DNA of 64,000 nucleotides from an uncultured Candidatus Saccharibacteria bacterium. GTDB taxonomy: Bacteria; Patescibacteriota; Minisyncoccia; Phycocordibacterales; CSBR16-119. Shown piece after piece: positions 1 through 9,221 of this stretch; position 1 is the first letter of the stretch; each line of letters opens with the position of its first letter. Made by a program: the position numbers and the translations under genes. The stretch covers positions 21,560-85,559 of the forward strand of contig CAZLAD010000002.1 of the NCBI GenBank assembly GCA_964557535.1. Reading direction: 5' to 3'. The notes beneath the pieces are model-generated. The model saw only the letters and a list, made by a program, of their open reading frames with translations. It was not told the DNA's origin and made no database searches.

Positions 1-8
1 TCATCGAG

Positions 9-482
9 GTGAGCAGTTTAACGCAGTTCCCCGAGATGATGGGCGGCAGATTGAAAACCTTGCACCCGATGGTCTTTGGACCCATCCTTGGAAGGACAAG
101 TGTACTGAGCGACATCAAGTCCATGCAGGATCACAAGATGCCGCTCATCGACATCGTCGTCGTGAACCTGTACCCTTTCAATGAAGAAGTCGAGAAGGGC
201 GCCAATACAACCCATCAGAACATCATCGAGAAGATCGACATCGGTGGGCCATCCCTGATCCGTGCCGCAGCCAAGAACTACGAACGCGTCAGCGTCGTCT
301 GCGACCCGCGGCATTACGATGTTCTGGCGGACCTTATCGAAAAGGGTGCCGGTATCTCACATGACCAACGCGAGGACTGGGCGGGCCAGGCCTTCGATCT
401 TACTTCCGGTTACGATGAACCGATCGGAAGCTACTTCGCTCGAAGGAGGCTTGCACGCCAGGAAACAGTCACCGGCGCCTAA
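9..482 (+). CDS. PurH-like IMP cyclohydrolase (MGS-like) domain only; 5' end lies outside the window, stops before any AICAR transformylase domain
   Basis: GGRLKTLHP, NLYPF and IEKIDIGGPSLIRAAAKN motifs; frame open to the window edge; stop at 480-482 followed by a terminator. Confidence 0.85.
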   Translation: MSSLTQFPEMMGGRLKTLHPMVFGPILGRTSVLSDIKSMQDHKMPLIDIVVVNLYPFNEEVEKGANTTHQNIIEKIDIGGPSLIRAAAKNYERVSVVCDPRHYDVLADLIEKGAGISHDQREDWAGQAFDLTSGYDEPIGSYFARRRLARQETVTGA

Positions 483-506
483 CCCGTACTTCACCTCGCA
501 TCCGCA

Positions 507-539
507 GAAAGCCCCGGACCCCGGGGCTTTCGCTTTTTT
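507..539 (+). terminator. Rho-independent terminator
   Basis: GAAAGCCCCGG-acc-CCGGGGCTTTC followed by a T-run. Confidence 0.8.
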
Positions 540-567
540 CTTAAATCTTAAATCCTAATTCTTAAAT

Positions 568-948
568 CTAACCAAACGGCCACCATGGCTTCATCCCCTT
601 AATCCTTTTCTTGAGACTTCGCGCCCCACGGACAAACATCGTCTGAGATCTTCCCTTTCTGTCTTTAATCTCGCGCAGAGCTTCGTCACGTACGAGATCA
701 ATGGCCGCGAGTAATTCTCCTGAATGATTTTTTATATAAAATTCTTTACCTTCAAACGTAAACCGAACTTCTGCCATATACACGTCTTCGCCTTTCTGGT
801 GGTGGTTTGATTCTTTGCCAATCTCTACGAAGACATTGAAATCTCGATCATGATCTAAAAATTTACTGAATGAATTTATTTTTTCGTTTACGTAATCTTT
901 GATTTCTAGCGTCAGATCAATATTGGTTGCCTTGATATTTATGTTCAT
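568..948 (-). CDS. raiA: Ribosome hibernation factor HPF/RaiA
   Basis: MNINIKATNIDLT.EIKDYVNEKI...HHQKG...AAIDLV, typical of the S30AE/RaiA family. Confidence 0.85.
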   Translation of the reverse strand: MNINIKATNIDLTLEIKDYVNEKINSFSKFLDHDRDFNVFVEIGKESNHHQKGEDVYMAEVRFTFEGKEFYIKNHSGELLAAIDLVRDEALREIKDRKGRSQTMFVRGARSLKKRIKGMKPWWPFG

Positions 949-992
949 ACGATATATCCGTGAAGTGCTAATACTTCCATTTTAACACACTC

Positions 993-1220
993 TTATTCCT
1001 GGTCCGGTATAGACAAAATCTTGGCTTGACTGTGGTGTCCGCTTACAATGCGCACCTTGCCTGTCGGTATGGCAAAATGCCTAGCTACGAGCTCCCGGAC
1101 CGCCTCATTGGCCATATTTCGCTCAGCCGGAGCCCGAACCCTGGCCTCAAAGCGCAGACTAGAAACCTCCTTCAAAACGTCTTTTTTAGAATCAGGAAAG
1201 ACTTTTAGTTTGATATACAT
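993..1220 (-). CDS. DUF167 (YggU) family protein
   Basis: KVFPDSKK...APAERNMANEAV...IVSGHHSQAK. Confidence 0.8.
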   Translation of the reverse strand: MYIKLKVFPDSKKDVLKEVSSLRFEARVRAPAERNMANEAVRELVARHFAIPTGKVRIVSGHHSQAKILSIPDQE

Positions 1221-2068
1221 TGTTTAATCCATTCTTGTAATAAAACGGCTAAAGAAATCCCCGCCTGATTCAACATCTTCGGAATCAGTGAAGTTCTGGT
1301 CATTCCTGGAATGGTATTTATCTCCAAAAAATATATTTCATTTTCATGCCTAACAATAAAATCCGATCTAGAAATATGTTTGGCGTTTATTTTCTTATGA
1401 ATCGCAAGTGCTTGTTTTTGCAATTCTCTATTCAAACTCTCATCAATATCAGCAGGACATATTTCTGTCGCCAAACTCTTTGGGTTGTACTTATTTTCAA
1501 AATCAAAAAATTCGCCTTTTGGGATTATTTCTATGACGGGTAGAGCAATTATCTTTTGATTGTGTTCTATGATTCCAACAGTAAACTCCCTGCCATTTAT
1601 TGGCTCCTCCAATATAAATTCGGTTTCAGAATTTGCAGAAATCAATTTATCCAATTCTTCTTGCGAGCGACACAATCCAGAATCTACCGATGAACCACCC
1701 AAATTAGGTTTGGCAAAAAGTGGAAACTTGCTCGTCTCTGGTGCTATTTTAATTCCAATCGATTTGGCGATTTGCTTCGTTGTCTTTTTATCTATGCCAA
1801 CAGCATGAGCACCCGAATCAGAAAAAATATACGGTACTTTTATTTCTTTGAGAAACCCTTGAAGTGCTCCGTCCTCTCCACCGACACCGTGAATTACCGG
1901 TATTGCCACATCAAAATTTTTTGAGACATTCAAAAATCTCTCTTTTTCTTCGGGAAAAACAAAAACCTCGGTGTCGGCAAAATCAATCAAATTTACAACA
2001 TTTTCAGCCGACCTCATCGATATTTCTCGCTCGCCCGATTCTCCTCCCGTAATGATAGCAACCCGCAT
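1205..2068 (-). CDS. ddl: D-alanine--D-alanine ligase
   Basis: GGESGEREISMRSA, HGVGGEDG, KPNLGGSS, SRSDF, EINTIPGMT. Confidence 0.92.
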   Translation of the reverse strand: MRVAIITGGESGEREISMRSAENVVNLIDFADTEVFVFPEEKERFLNVSKNFDVAIPVIHGVGGEDGALQGFLKEIKVPYIFSDSGAHAVGIDKKTTKQIAKSIGIKIAPETSKFPLFAKPNLGGSSVDSGLCRSQEELDKLISANSETEFILEEPINGREFTVGIIEHNQKIIALPVIEIIPKGEFFDFENKYNPKSLATEICPADIDESLNRELQKQALAIHKKINAKHISRSDFIVRHENEIYFLEINTIPGMTRTSLIPKMLNQAGISLAVLLQEWIKQCISN

Positions 2069-2193
2069 CTTCCTATCTTATCAAAAGTTTGCTTTTTAAG
2101 CCCTTTTTGGCTAATATTTGGCAGTATCTTCGAAAAGGTACACATTGAAAACTAAATATTCCCCGGTAGCGCAGCGGTAGCGCAGTTGCCTGT

Positions 2194-2756
2194 GAGAAAT
2201 GTAATGGTATACTTATTTTGTGTCTACCACAAGAAAAGAGACCAGAACATACTCCGATCGTGCAGAATATATGCGAGAAGCAGTTAAACGAAGACGTATA
2301 AAGCTTCGTGTAATGGCTCGTGAATATGCTGGCGGTAAATGCAGAATCTGTGGGTACAATAAATCTTCCCGAGCATTAAATTTCCACCATCTTGATCCAA
2401 AGAAAAAAGACTTTGGTTTGGCGGATGGCGGAATAACCAGATCTTGGGAAAAAACTCGCAAAGAAATAGACAAATGTATATTACTTTGCGCAAATTGTCA
2501 CATGGAAGTGCACGACGGAATTACGCAGCTCCCTTCGGAAACGAAGAGATGAAAAACAAGGTGAATTGTCTGGAAGCCCGAGCTGTAACAACAGCGGGTA
2601 ATCAGCAGCCAAGCCTCAATAATTTTTGAGGAAGGTTCAGAGACTATCCTAAACGGAGTAGGCCGAGAGTTTCGGTCGAAGCGCCTTGCACCTAAATTCC
2701 GATTCGGAACACGGTGATGATATAGTCCATTCCTAGAAGTGATTTTAGGGTAAATG
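2194..2756 (+). ncRNA. Group I self-splicing intron in the tRNA-Asn anticodon (between positions 35 and 36)
   Basis: 5' exon ends in U, intron ends in G; core motifs GAATTGTCTGGAAG, GGTAATCAGCAGCCAAG, GGTTCAGAGACTA (P7 5') and GATATAGTCC (P7 3'). Confidence 0.9.
2220..2552 (+). CDS. Intron-encoded HNH (homing) endonuclease
   Basis: CRICGY...LNFHHLDP...KCILLCANCHMEVH; lies wholly within the intron, upstream of the ribozyme core. Confidence 0.85.
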   Translation: MSTTRKETRTYSDRAEYMREAVKRRRIKLRVMAREYAGGKCRICGYNKSSRALNFHHLDPKKKDFGLADGGITRSWEKTRKEIDKCILLCANCHMEVHDGITQLPSETKR

Positions 2757-2841
2757 TAAGCAATTGGTCGCAGGTTCGAATCCTGCCCGGGGAGCCAAGT
2801 CGTGCGGAGTTATCCCGCACGAGACGCATCAATATTTGTAT

Positions 2842-2874
2842 CAGAAAAACCGCTTAGAATGAGCGGTTTTTCTG
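2842..2874 (+). terminator. Terminator after tRNA-Asn
   Basis: CAGAAAAACCGCT...AGCGGTTTTTCTG inverted repeat. Confidence 0.7.
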
Positions 2875-2901
2875 TAGCCAATTAAATGATAAAATTAAAG
2901 C

Positions 2902-5900
2902 GTGAATTTTGAAAGAAATCTAAAACCCAACAAACTGGACGTCGGGTCAGTTGAGGATTTGTCCGAAAATCAAGAATCAAAGGAAAATCTAAATCAGGCA
3001 CATGAAAAAATTGTGTCTGTCTTGAAAGTTTTTAAACCAGAAGATATTTCATCAGATGAATTTCTTGATGAGGTGGTGGATAATTTATTTGAAGATGCTA
3101 AAAAACTCCAATTATCAAGGGGTCAACTTTTAGAGACCGATGAAGCTGTTTACTCTGAAATGAGAGAAATTTTGATTTCAAGATTCAAACAAATTTCCCA
3201 AGACTACTATGCTGATTATAAAGATATGAAAACGGAGCAATCTGGCCGAGATCTTTGTAGAAAAGCCAGACTTGGTTTGATTTTACTTGATGATCTGTCG
3301 GACTTCGAAGAAGAATTCACAAAAAGATATAACACGCCAAAAAATGACGATCCGAGACAATTAAATTTTGATAATGTTGTTCGCTATTTAAATTTGGATT
3401 GGCAAAACCCACTGAAAGTCAATGAAATAGAACTGTTGATACAAAATGGATACCTAGAAAAGATGTGTGACTTCAATGGAACACTCTACGGTTATATCGA
3501 AGGGACGCCAGAAGAGTTATTGAATGAGATGTCAAAGTCCGGTTTTGCTGGGTCTGCTCGTTGGTCAGACATAAATCATGCTCTTGGGGCTGTAGCGGGA
3601 AGCGAAGATCAGAAATATAGTAGAAAAGCGTTTGAGAATCTAATTGCAGGAAAATATATTAGAGGTATTGCTGAAAATATAAACGCTTTTGAAAACATAG
3701 ATCTAGAAGACCTAGCGATGGTTGGCCTAGACGCCAAAGACTTTATCAAGTTAATACTTGATAGATACGGAATAGACGACCCAACAATAGGAGATAAATT
3801 GAAGGATTTTGTTAAGCATAGCCAGATTAATTTTTTCGATGAAGAGCTAATTGTAAAAAAATGGCTAGGTTTAAAATTAAACAAAGTTCTGGAACAAGAC
3901 AGTAAGTTTTTTGATATTAGAGATGTAGAGCATTGTAAGAAAGTTATAGAGGCAGGATATCTAGGATTGGCGATATGGGACAATAAAATCTTTGAGGAGG
4001 TTGTTAAGAATGATTATGATTGGCTGCTCAATATAGCCAGAGAAAATCATCAAGAGCATCTCCTGCTCCGCTGTCCCGGTATTGGAAACGTCCTTAAAAA
4101 GGAAGATCAACTTGTATATGGTAAGAAACTTATTTCGGAGGGCAAATGGTATGTATTATCATCAATATTGGGCAATATAAGATACGCAGATTCACATTTT
4201 TCTTCTCAAACATTTGATCAAGATATATACGATTCTATCTCGAGCCATGATTTCCATCCGCATCCTGGAAGCTTTAAAAACTTAAATGAAGAGACTCTTG
4301 AGATTCTTTCTGAAAGGTTCCCTGATTTTATAGAACAGGATCCTCTGAGTATAACTAGTTTCGAATTCGGAGAAAATTCGAGATTAGAGGGATATAAGAG
4401 ATACAAGGAATTTATGCTTGAAGTTGAAGCTTTGTTCGACATTCGATTAAGTAAAGAGAGGCTAGAGACGATGAATTTTAATTTTAAAAGATTATCAAAG
4501 CTTTCTTTGGATCAAGGCTTAGAAAATATAAGAAGAAAGGCTTCTTTATACAAAAAAATCGAATCAGTGGCTATTTCTCAGGGGCACGACAAAGAACAAG
4601 TTTTTGATACCTTTGGTTGGATGTTGAATGATTCACATAGCGCTACACCCATAAGAGAAGAGGTCATTGATGAACTAAAATATGTTCCGAAGTCTCTTCA
4701 CGAAACTGAGAGATGTTTAACTATCTTGAATAGATTGACTGGACTTGATCGAGATAAAAAAACCCGAATAGCAATGGAACTATCTATGATCGCAGGATCA
4801 GAATTTTTGGGGGCCGAAGATGTTATATATGAACGATATTTCCGTATTACTTTGCCTGAAGAATCTAGATCTCCCACCAAAGATGAATTTCCTGCGCGAG
4901 AATCTATGGTTACTCAAATACCTGATTTTTCTACAGAATATAAGGAGATGAGCGAGCATTCGCAAGCAGTGTGGCAAAAATTATTCCCATGGTCTGAATC
5001 TTTGAGAGAACTTGAAGGTATCCAGAAACATGCAAAGAGGAGAGAATATGACCCTTGGCAAACAGAACTAGTTCCGCTTCTTAAACACGAACTTGGAAAT
5101 CTGTCATTTGCTAATCCAGAAGATGGAAAAATTTTAGTTGAATACGTAAAGAGATTTGGAATGAAAAATATTCCCTATCTATATTCGGTATTTTCCCAAG
5201 TTTATAAAAGTAAAGATGTAGATCAAATACCACCTCACATTAAGGGAATCCTTGCAGATGATTTCGGTATCAACGCAGAAGAACTTTGTAAAAAAGATAA
5301 AAAGAATTTGGGTCTAATTTTTGCTGAAATGGAGAAAATGCAGACTAGACTAGTTAGCGATATCAGGAATGAAGATTTATCCTTGCTAGAAAGAGTACAA
5401 AAATCACCTTATTTACTTGAAACGATTAAATCTATAGTTGGCAATTCGGGCCATGCGCATGGAGTAAGTACCGAAGAGGCTTTGGAGCTTTATAGAAAAG
5501 CCGTAAAAGAATCACCTAAGAAATTTTTGTTACCAGAAGGATATGAAGAAGTAGAAGTGAGTGTCCCGCAGGTTATATTTGAAGAGGAAGAAAAATCTGA
5601 GGTGATTCAGAAAGAAAAAGAGAAAATATTAAGCAATTCAGATCTAAGAACTTTGGCTGTTGGCTATCGTGACGTTTATAAGCAAAATAAAGACTCAGAT
5701 AACACAACTGATCTATCTAGCAAACGAGATGAAATTAGAAGTTTTATTCAGAGCTCGATAGATGATTTGAACTTACGTTTAAAACAAGAGGAAGAAAAAG
5801 AAATTAAAAATGAAAAAGCAATCTTCGGTCTAAAGTCTAGGATGCAAGCGCTTGAAGAAAAAAAGAAAGATTTCGATATAAATTTTGAAAAATCTTTGAG

Positions 5901-6798
5901 TAAAGAAATTTCTATAAAAGAAAGAATGGAAATACTTTTCGATCAAATACCAGAAAATTGGCCAGGAAAAAAGAACCTCATGATGGATATTAGCCTTTCA
6001 GATATAAAAAATAAAATGCCAGAAGGTTATGATCTGTTCAAATCAGGCATTCAAAATCACGATGACGAGGCTTCAATCTCTCAGATTTATGAATTTATAG
6101 CAAACCATGTTAAGGAACACTATTTAAACAAAAAACATGGACAAGGAGAAGCTGTGGAAACTGATAATAAGGCTTTGATCAAAGCGTTGAAGCAATATTG
6201 GGGTGTACAAGACTTTGATAACTCAATCTTAGCAGTTAGCCATGTAAAATTAGCGGAGTTAAACAAGGGTTCGATCTCAGAGAATAATCTTAATTTAAGT
6301 TTTGTGCCTTCAAAGGGACTGCAAAGAATTTTCAGTGGCGATTTAGGAAGAGCGTGTACGAGTCGAGAAAACGGCAACCTCGCAAAGGGTGAATTTGAAC
6401 CTATCACATCTTATTCAATCATATTAGATAAAGGAACAAAAAACGAAAGGTTTGCCGGATCTTTCCTGGTTATAGAAACGGGGACAGAAGACGGTAAGCC
6501 AGTAATGGTGCTTAGAGCAAACAACCCGCAACAAAATCTGTTTAATATGGTCCACGGTGACTCATTGGTTGCGTCTATTGTTAGTGAAGTAAAGGCGCTT
6601 GCGAAAAGAAGGGGTATAGATAGAGTGGTGGCGCCTCTATCTGGGGGAGCAACTTCAAACAGAACAGAGGTTGCGGAATACTATGACAAGACGTTTTCAA
6701 GTGGTCAGAAAATTGGTCTTAAAAAATCTCCGGAAACAAACTTTAATGGCTATGATATTTGGAATAAGGAGTCAGTGAATGCCGTCACTGTCATTTAG
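2902..6798 (+). CDS. Large hypothetical protein (1298 aa), helical/coiled-coil with an alpha/beta C-terminal domain
   Basis: Long AT-rich ORF with TAAAAT just upstream of the GTG start; no family recognised. Confidence 0.8.
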   Translation: MNFERNLKPNKLDVGSVEDLSENQESKENLNQAHEKIVSVLKVFKPEDISSDEFLDEVVDNLFEDAKKLQLSRGQLLETDEAVYSEMREILISRFKQISQDYYADYKDMKTEQSGRDLCRKARLGLILLDDLSDFEEEFTKRYNTPKNDDPRQLNFDNVVRYLNLDWQNPLKVNEIELLIQNGYLEKMCDFNGTLYGYIEGTPEELLNEMSKSGFAGSARWSDINHALGAVAGSEDQKYSRKAFENLIAGKYIRGIAENINAFENIDLEDLAMVGLDAKDFIKLILDRYGIDDPTIGDKLKDFVKHSQINFFDEELIVKKWLGLKLNKVLEQDSKFFDIRDVEHCKKVIEAGYLGLAIWDNKIFEEVVKNDYDWLLNIARENHQEHLLLRCPGIGNVLKKEDQLVYGKKLISEGKWYVLSSILGNIRYADSHFSSQTFDQDIYDSISSHDFHPHPGSFKNLNEETLEILSERFPDFIEQDPLSITSFEFGENSRLEGYKRYKEFMLEVEALFDIRLSKERLETMNFNFKRLSKLSLDQGLENIRRKASLYKKIESVAISQGHDKEQVFDTFGWMLNDSHSATPIREEVIDELKYVPKSLHETERCLTILNRLTGLDRDKKTRIAMELSMIAGSEFLGAEDVIYERYFRITLPEESRSPTKDEFPARESMVTQIPDFSTEYKEMSEHSQAVWQKLFPWSESLRELEGIQKHAKRREYDPWQTELVPLLKHELGNLSFANPEDGKILVEYVKRFGMKNIPYLYSVFSQVYKSKDVDQIPPHIKGILADDFGINAEELCKKDKKNLGLIFAEMEKMQTRLVSDIRNEDLSLLERVQKSPYLLETIKSIVGNSGHAHGVSTEEALELYRKAVKESPKKFLLPEGYEEVEVSVPQVIFEEEEKSEVIQKEKEKILSNSDLRTLAVGYRDVYKQNKDSDNTTDLSSKRDEIRSFIQSSIDDLNLRLKQEEEKEIKNEKAIFGLKSRMQALEEKKKDFDINFEKSLSKEISIKERMEILFDQIPENWPGKKNLMMDISLSDIKNKMPEGYDLFKSGIQNHDDEASISQIYEFIANHVKEHYLNKKHGQGEAVETDNKALIKALKQYWGVQDFDNSILAVSHVKLAELNKGSISENNLNLSFVPSKGLQRIFSGDLGRACTSRENGNLAKGEFEPITSYSIILDKGTKNERFAGSFLVIETGTEDGKPVMVLRANNPQQNLFNMVHGDSLVASIVSEVKALAKRRGIDRVVAPLSGGATSNRTEVAEYYDKTFSSGQKIGLKKSPETNFNGYDIWNKESVNAVTVI

Positions 6799-6988
6799 AT
6801 TGTAAAATAGATATTTGTTTATCTTTTAGTAAAATTTTCCCTTTAAGATTCCCAAGTAATTCTCGCTTTTCCGAAATACTTCCATCTGCTAAAACGAACT
6901 TAGCATAATTCCGTATATCAACGTCATCAACTTTTACGACTTGGCTTTTACCAGAAACAAGTTTTTGGAATTTCTTGAATCGTGTCAC
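6791..6988 (-). pseudogene. C-terminal remnant of a large serine recombinase
   Basis: RFKKFQKLVSGKSQ..K.D.VDIRNYAKFVLA.G...EKRELLGNLKGKI is near-identical to the C-terminus of 48825-50147. Confidence 0.9.
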
Positions 6989-7126
6989 TTTTGTAACTTT
7001 TTGATGCGCTCAAGACGCATCAGGAATTCCTGATTTTAGTGCTAAAATAGCCTTACCCTGCAATGAGCCAATTGGTTCTAACTCGAGTCGGGGAGCCAAG
7101 TTTAGAAAATTAAGGAGACGGGTATC

Positions 7127-7501
7127 ATGCTTGAATCAAGACGAGAAGAAAATATGGGTCCAGAAAAAGTTGCAAAGATATCTCAAAATATTGTGTCTTT
7201 TTTGTTAAAGAACAAAAAAACGAACGAAGCTCTTAAAAGCTTAATAGGCGTTTATTGTCCAGAATTGAAAATCCTTACAAATCACGATGAAAAACTTTCT
7301 GAAGAATATACCTCAACCATGATTGTCCATAAACTTCCTGGGTTGCCTTTTCCAAAGGAAGATAGCGACTCTTTTATTTCCGACATGCTAAGCGAAACAA
7401 AACTATCCAATGCTGACTTTATAAAATGGCTAGAAAAAATAAAATCTAATAAGAAATCAGGTTTACATTTTGGTATAAAGAATCCTATTTTCCCGAGCTA
7501 A
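7127..7501 (+). CDS. Hypothetical protein
   Basis: 124-aa ORF, AAGGAG upstream. Confidence 0.55.
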   Translation: MLESRREENMGPEKVAKISQNIVSFLLKNKKTNEALKSLIGVYCPELKILTNHDEKLSEEYTSTMIVHKLPGLPFPKEDSDSFISDMLSETKLSNADFIKWLEKIKSNKKSGLHFGIKNPIFPS

Positions 7502-7609
7502 CAAAAGTATGCAAAAGACCTATTTTCTTGTAAAATAGCATTGCAAACATCGTCCCAAGTTCGAAACAGAATTTTGAAATCGTTTTGCCAAATCTGATAC
7601 AATAATCAG

Positions 7610-8176
7610 ATGAAAGAAACGTTGGCAATTATTGGTGCCGTTATCGCAATCGTCGGCAATATACCTTATTTAATAGATGTAATTAAAAAACGCGTTGAAC
7701 CGCATCCTTATACCTGGCTCGTCTGGACGATCGTCTCTGGGGTCACTTTTTTCGGAGCACTGGCCAAAGGCGCGGGGGTTGGGGCCATACCTACCGGCGC
7801 TGCAGAAATTTTCACAGTCATAATATTTATACTTTCATTAAAATATGGATTTAGAAATATTAGACGAATTGATACATATTTTTTAATCATTGCCCTGCTC
7901 GGACTTGTGCCCTGGGCGCTAACCAAAGACCCGACCATATCAGTCATAATCGTTGTTACGATTGATCTTGTAGCTTTTATCCCGACCCTGCGCAAAACTT
8001 GGAAAAAACCAAAAACAGAAACACCAGTACTCTACAGCATGAACGTCGTGCGTCATATTTTGACCCTCTTTTCGCTTCAGGCCTACAACATCGCGACGAT
8101 GCTTCACTCTATTGCCATGATTATCGTTAATTCCTTTATGACACTCATGATTATACGTGGCAGAAAGAAAGGCTAA
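7610..8176 (+). CDS. Hypothetical multi-pass membrane protein
   Basis: About 6 hydrophobic segments; NIPY..D and P...TW motifs, with an internal repeat PTLRKTW..P..E. Confidence 0.75.
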   Translation: MKETLAIIGAVIAIVGNIPYLIDVIKKRVEPHPYTWLVWTIVSGVTFFGALAKGAGVGAIPTGAAEIFTVIIFILSLKYGFRNIRRIDTYFLIIALLGLVPWALTKDPTISVIIVVTIDLVAFIPTLRKTWKKPKTETPVLYSMNVVRHILTLFSLQAYNIATMLHSIAMIIVNSFMTLMIIRGRKKG

Positions 8177-8739
8177 TATTTTCTAATAACACCCTTCACA
8201 ACTGCGCATATTTTCAAATCATATTCGGGATATATCGGCTCATAATTTTTATTCGCTGGCTCGAGCCAGACTTTTGCACCATTTTTACGAAAATATTTCA
8301 TCGTAAATTCCCCATCAACTTCAGCGATAATGATCTGACCATCGGTAGCCTTGGTCGTGCGTTCCGCTACCACCAGGTCTCCCTTTTTAATATGAGCATC
8401 AATCATCGAGTCACCGTCGACTTCGAGCACGTAAATAGAATCCTTTTTCGGTATCAAAAACTCATCAAGTGATATTGTCTCTTCTAAAATTTCTTCGGAC
8501 GGCGATGGGAATCCGGCCTTGATTGTTCCGAGCATTGGAACTTCGCCTAAAATTCGATCTGGGACAAGCCGTCCCATTTTATCCTTGGCTACAATTCCCG
8601 CCTCAATCATTTTCTCAACAACGCGGAAAACGGCATTTTTGGATTTGAATCCAAAGAGCTTCATCATCTCAGAATAACTCGGCATGCGCTTGTTGGAACG
8701 ATAGAAGCCAGAAAGGCTATCTTTGTAATTTTCATTCAT
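8173..8739 (-). CDS. lexA: LexA repressor (winged HTH plus S24 peptidase)
   Basis: MPSYSEM..LFGFKSKNAV HTH; AGFP cleavage site; VDGDSM and FTMK catalytic Ser/Lys. Confidence 0.88.
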   Translation of the reverse strand: MNENYKDSLSGFYRSNKRMPSYSEMMKLFGFKSKNAVFRVVEKMIEAGIVAKDKMGRLVPDRILGEVPMLGTIKAGFPSPSEEILEETISLDEFLIPKKDSIYVLEVDGDSMIDAHIKKGDLVVAERTTKATDGQIIIAEVDGEFTMKYFRKNGAKVWLEPANKNYEPIYPEYDLKICAVVKGVIRKY

Positions 8740-8869
8740 CCCGCTCGAGATAGCAAATTTTTAATTTGCGTATCTTATTTATTTAAAATAATTATTTATA
8801 ATTCGTTCCATTCCCATTATTGTAAAAATTTCTAACCATGAAATCTCTAACGGGATTCATAGATGTAGT

Positions 8870-9058
8870 TTAGAAGAAAGACGGAAAAAGTTTATTAAGC
8901 AATCCCTCGGATTGATGTTTGCGTAATTGATTTACAAGAAATCGATGGCGAAGCGATTCAAAGAAATAATTCTGTCCGCACATAATCTTGTCATCAATTC
9001 TCTTGTTGAGACGCTTGATCTCTGCTTCCAAGGATTTTAAATATTGATTTCGTGTCAT
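8870..9058 (-). CDS. Small hypothetical protein upstream of lexA (MTRNQYLKSLE...)
   Basis: ATG at 9058 downstream of a near-consensus promoter. Confidence 0.65.
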   Translation of the reverse strand: MTRNQYLKSLEAEIKRLNKRIDDKIMCGQNYFFESLRHRFLVNQLRKHQSEGLLNKLFPSFF

Positions 9059-9098
9059 GTGAGTGTTTAACTTAAAATTTGTAATCGACCACGAGAGT

Positions 9099-9128
9099 AT
9101 TATAAGTGAACGACCGTTCACAAGTCAA
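9099..9128 (-). promoter_or_regulatory. Sigma70 promoter with embedded putative LexA operator
   Basis: TTGACT-18-TATAAT; spacer contains the palindrome GTGAAC-N4-GTTCAC (9106-9121). Confidence 0.75.
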
Positions 9129-9221
9129 ATTATTTTAACAAAACGACACAAAAATACTAACTGGTCTATTTATGCCTCTGGGTCAAGCTCGATTCTCTGC
9201 CTAATATGTTAAAATATTTTG

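Larger units (their letters stand above)
2160..2797 (+). tRNA. tRNA-Asn(GUU) interrupted by an intron (exons 2160-2193 and 2757-2797)
   Basis: Joined exons give acceptor TCCCCGG/CCGGGGA, anticodon arm GTTGC-CTGTTAA-GCAAT, T-arm GCAGGTTCGAATCCTGC, and G73-CCA. Confidence 0.92.
2798..7101. mobile_element. Degenerate tRNA-Asn-linked integrative element (cargo ORF plus recombinase remnant)
   Basis: 13-bp direct repeat CGGGGAGCCAAGT at 2788-2800 and 7089-7101; recombinase C-terminal remnant at 6791-6988; end motif shared with the tRNA-Gln element. Confidence 0.7.

Noticed and set aside
6791-6988. DGR template/variable repeat pair with the recombinase 3' end
   Set aside because: Differences are mostly synonymous and not adenine-specific, and there is no reverse transcriptase in the window; this is a decayed paralog.
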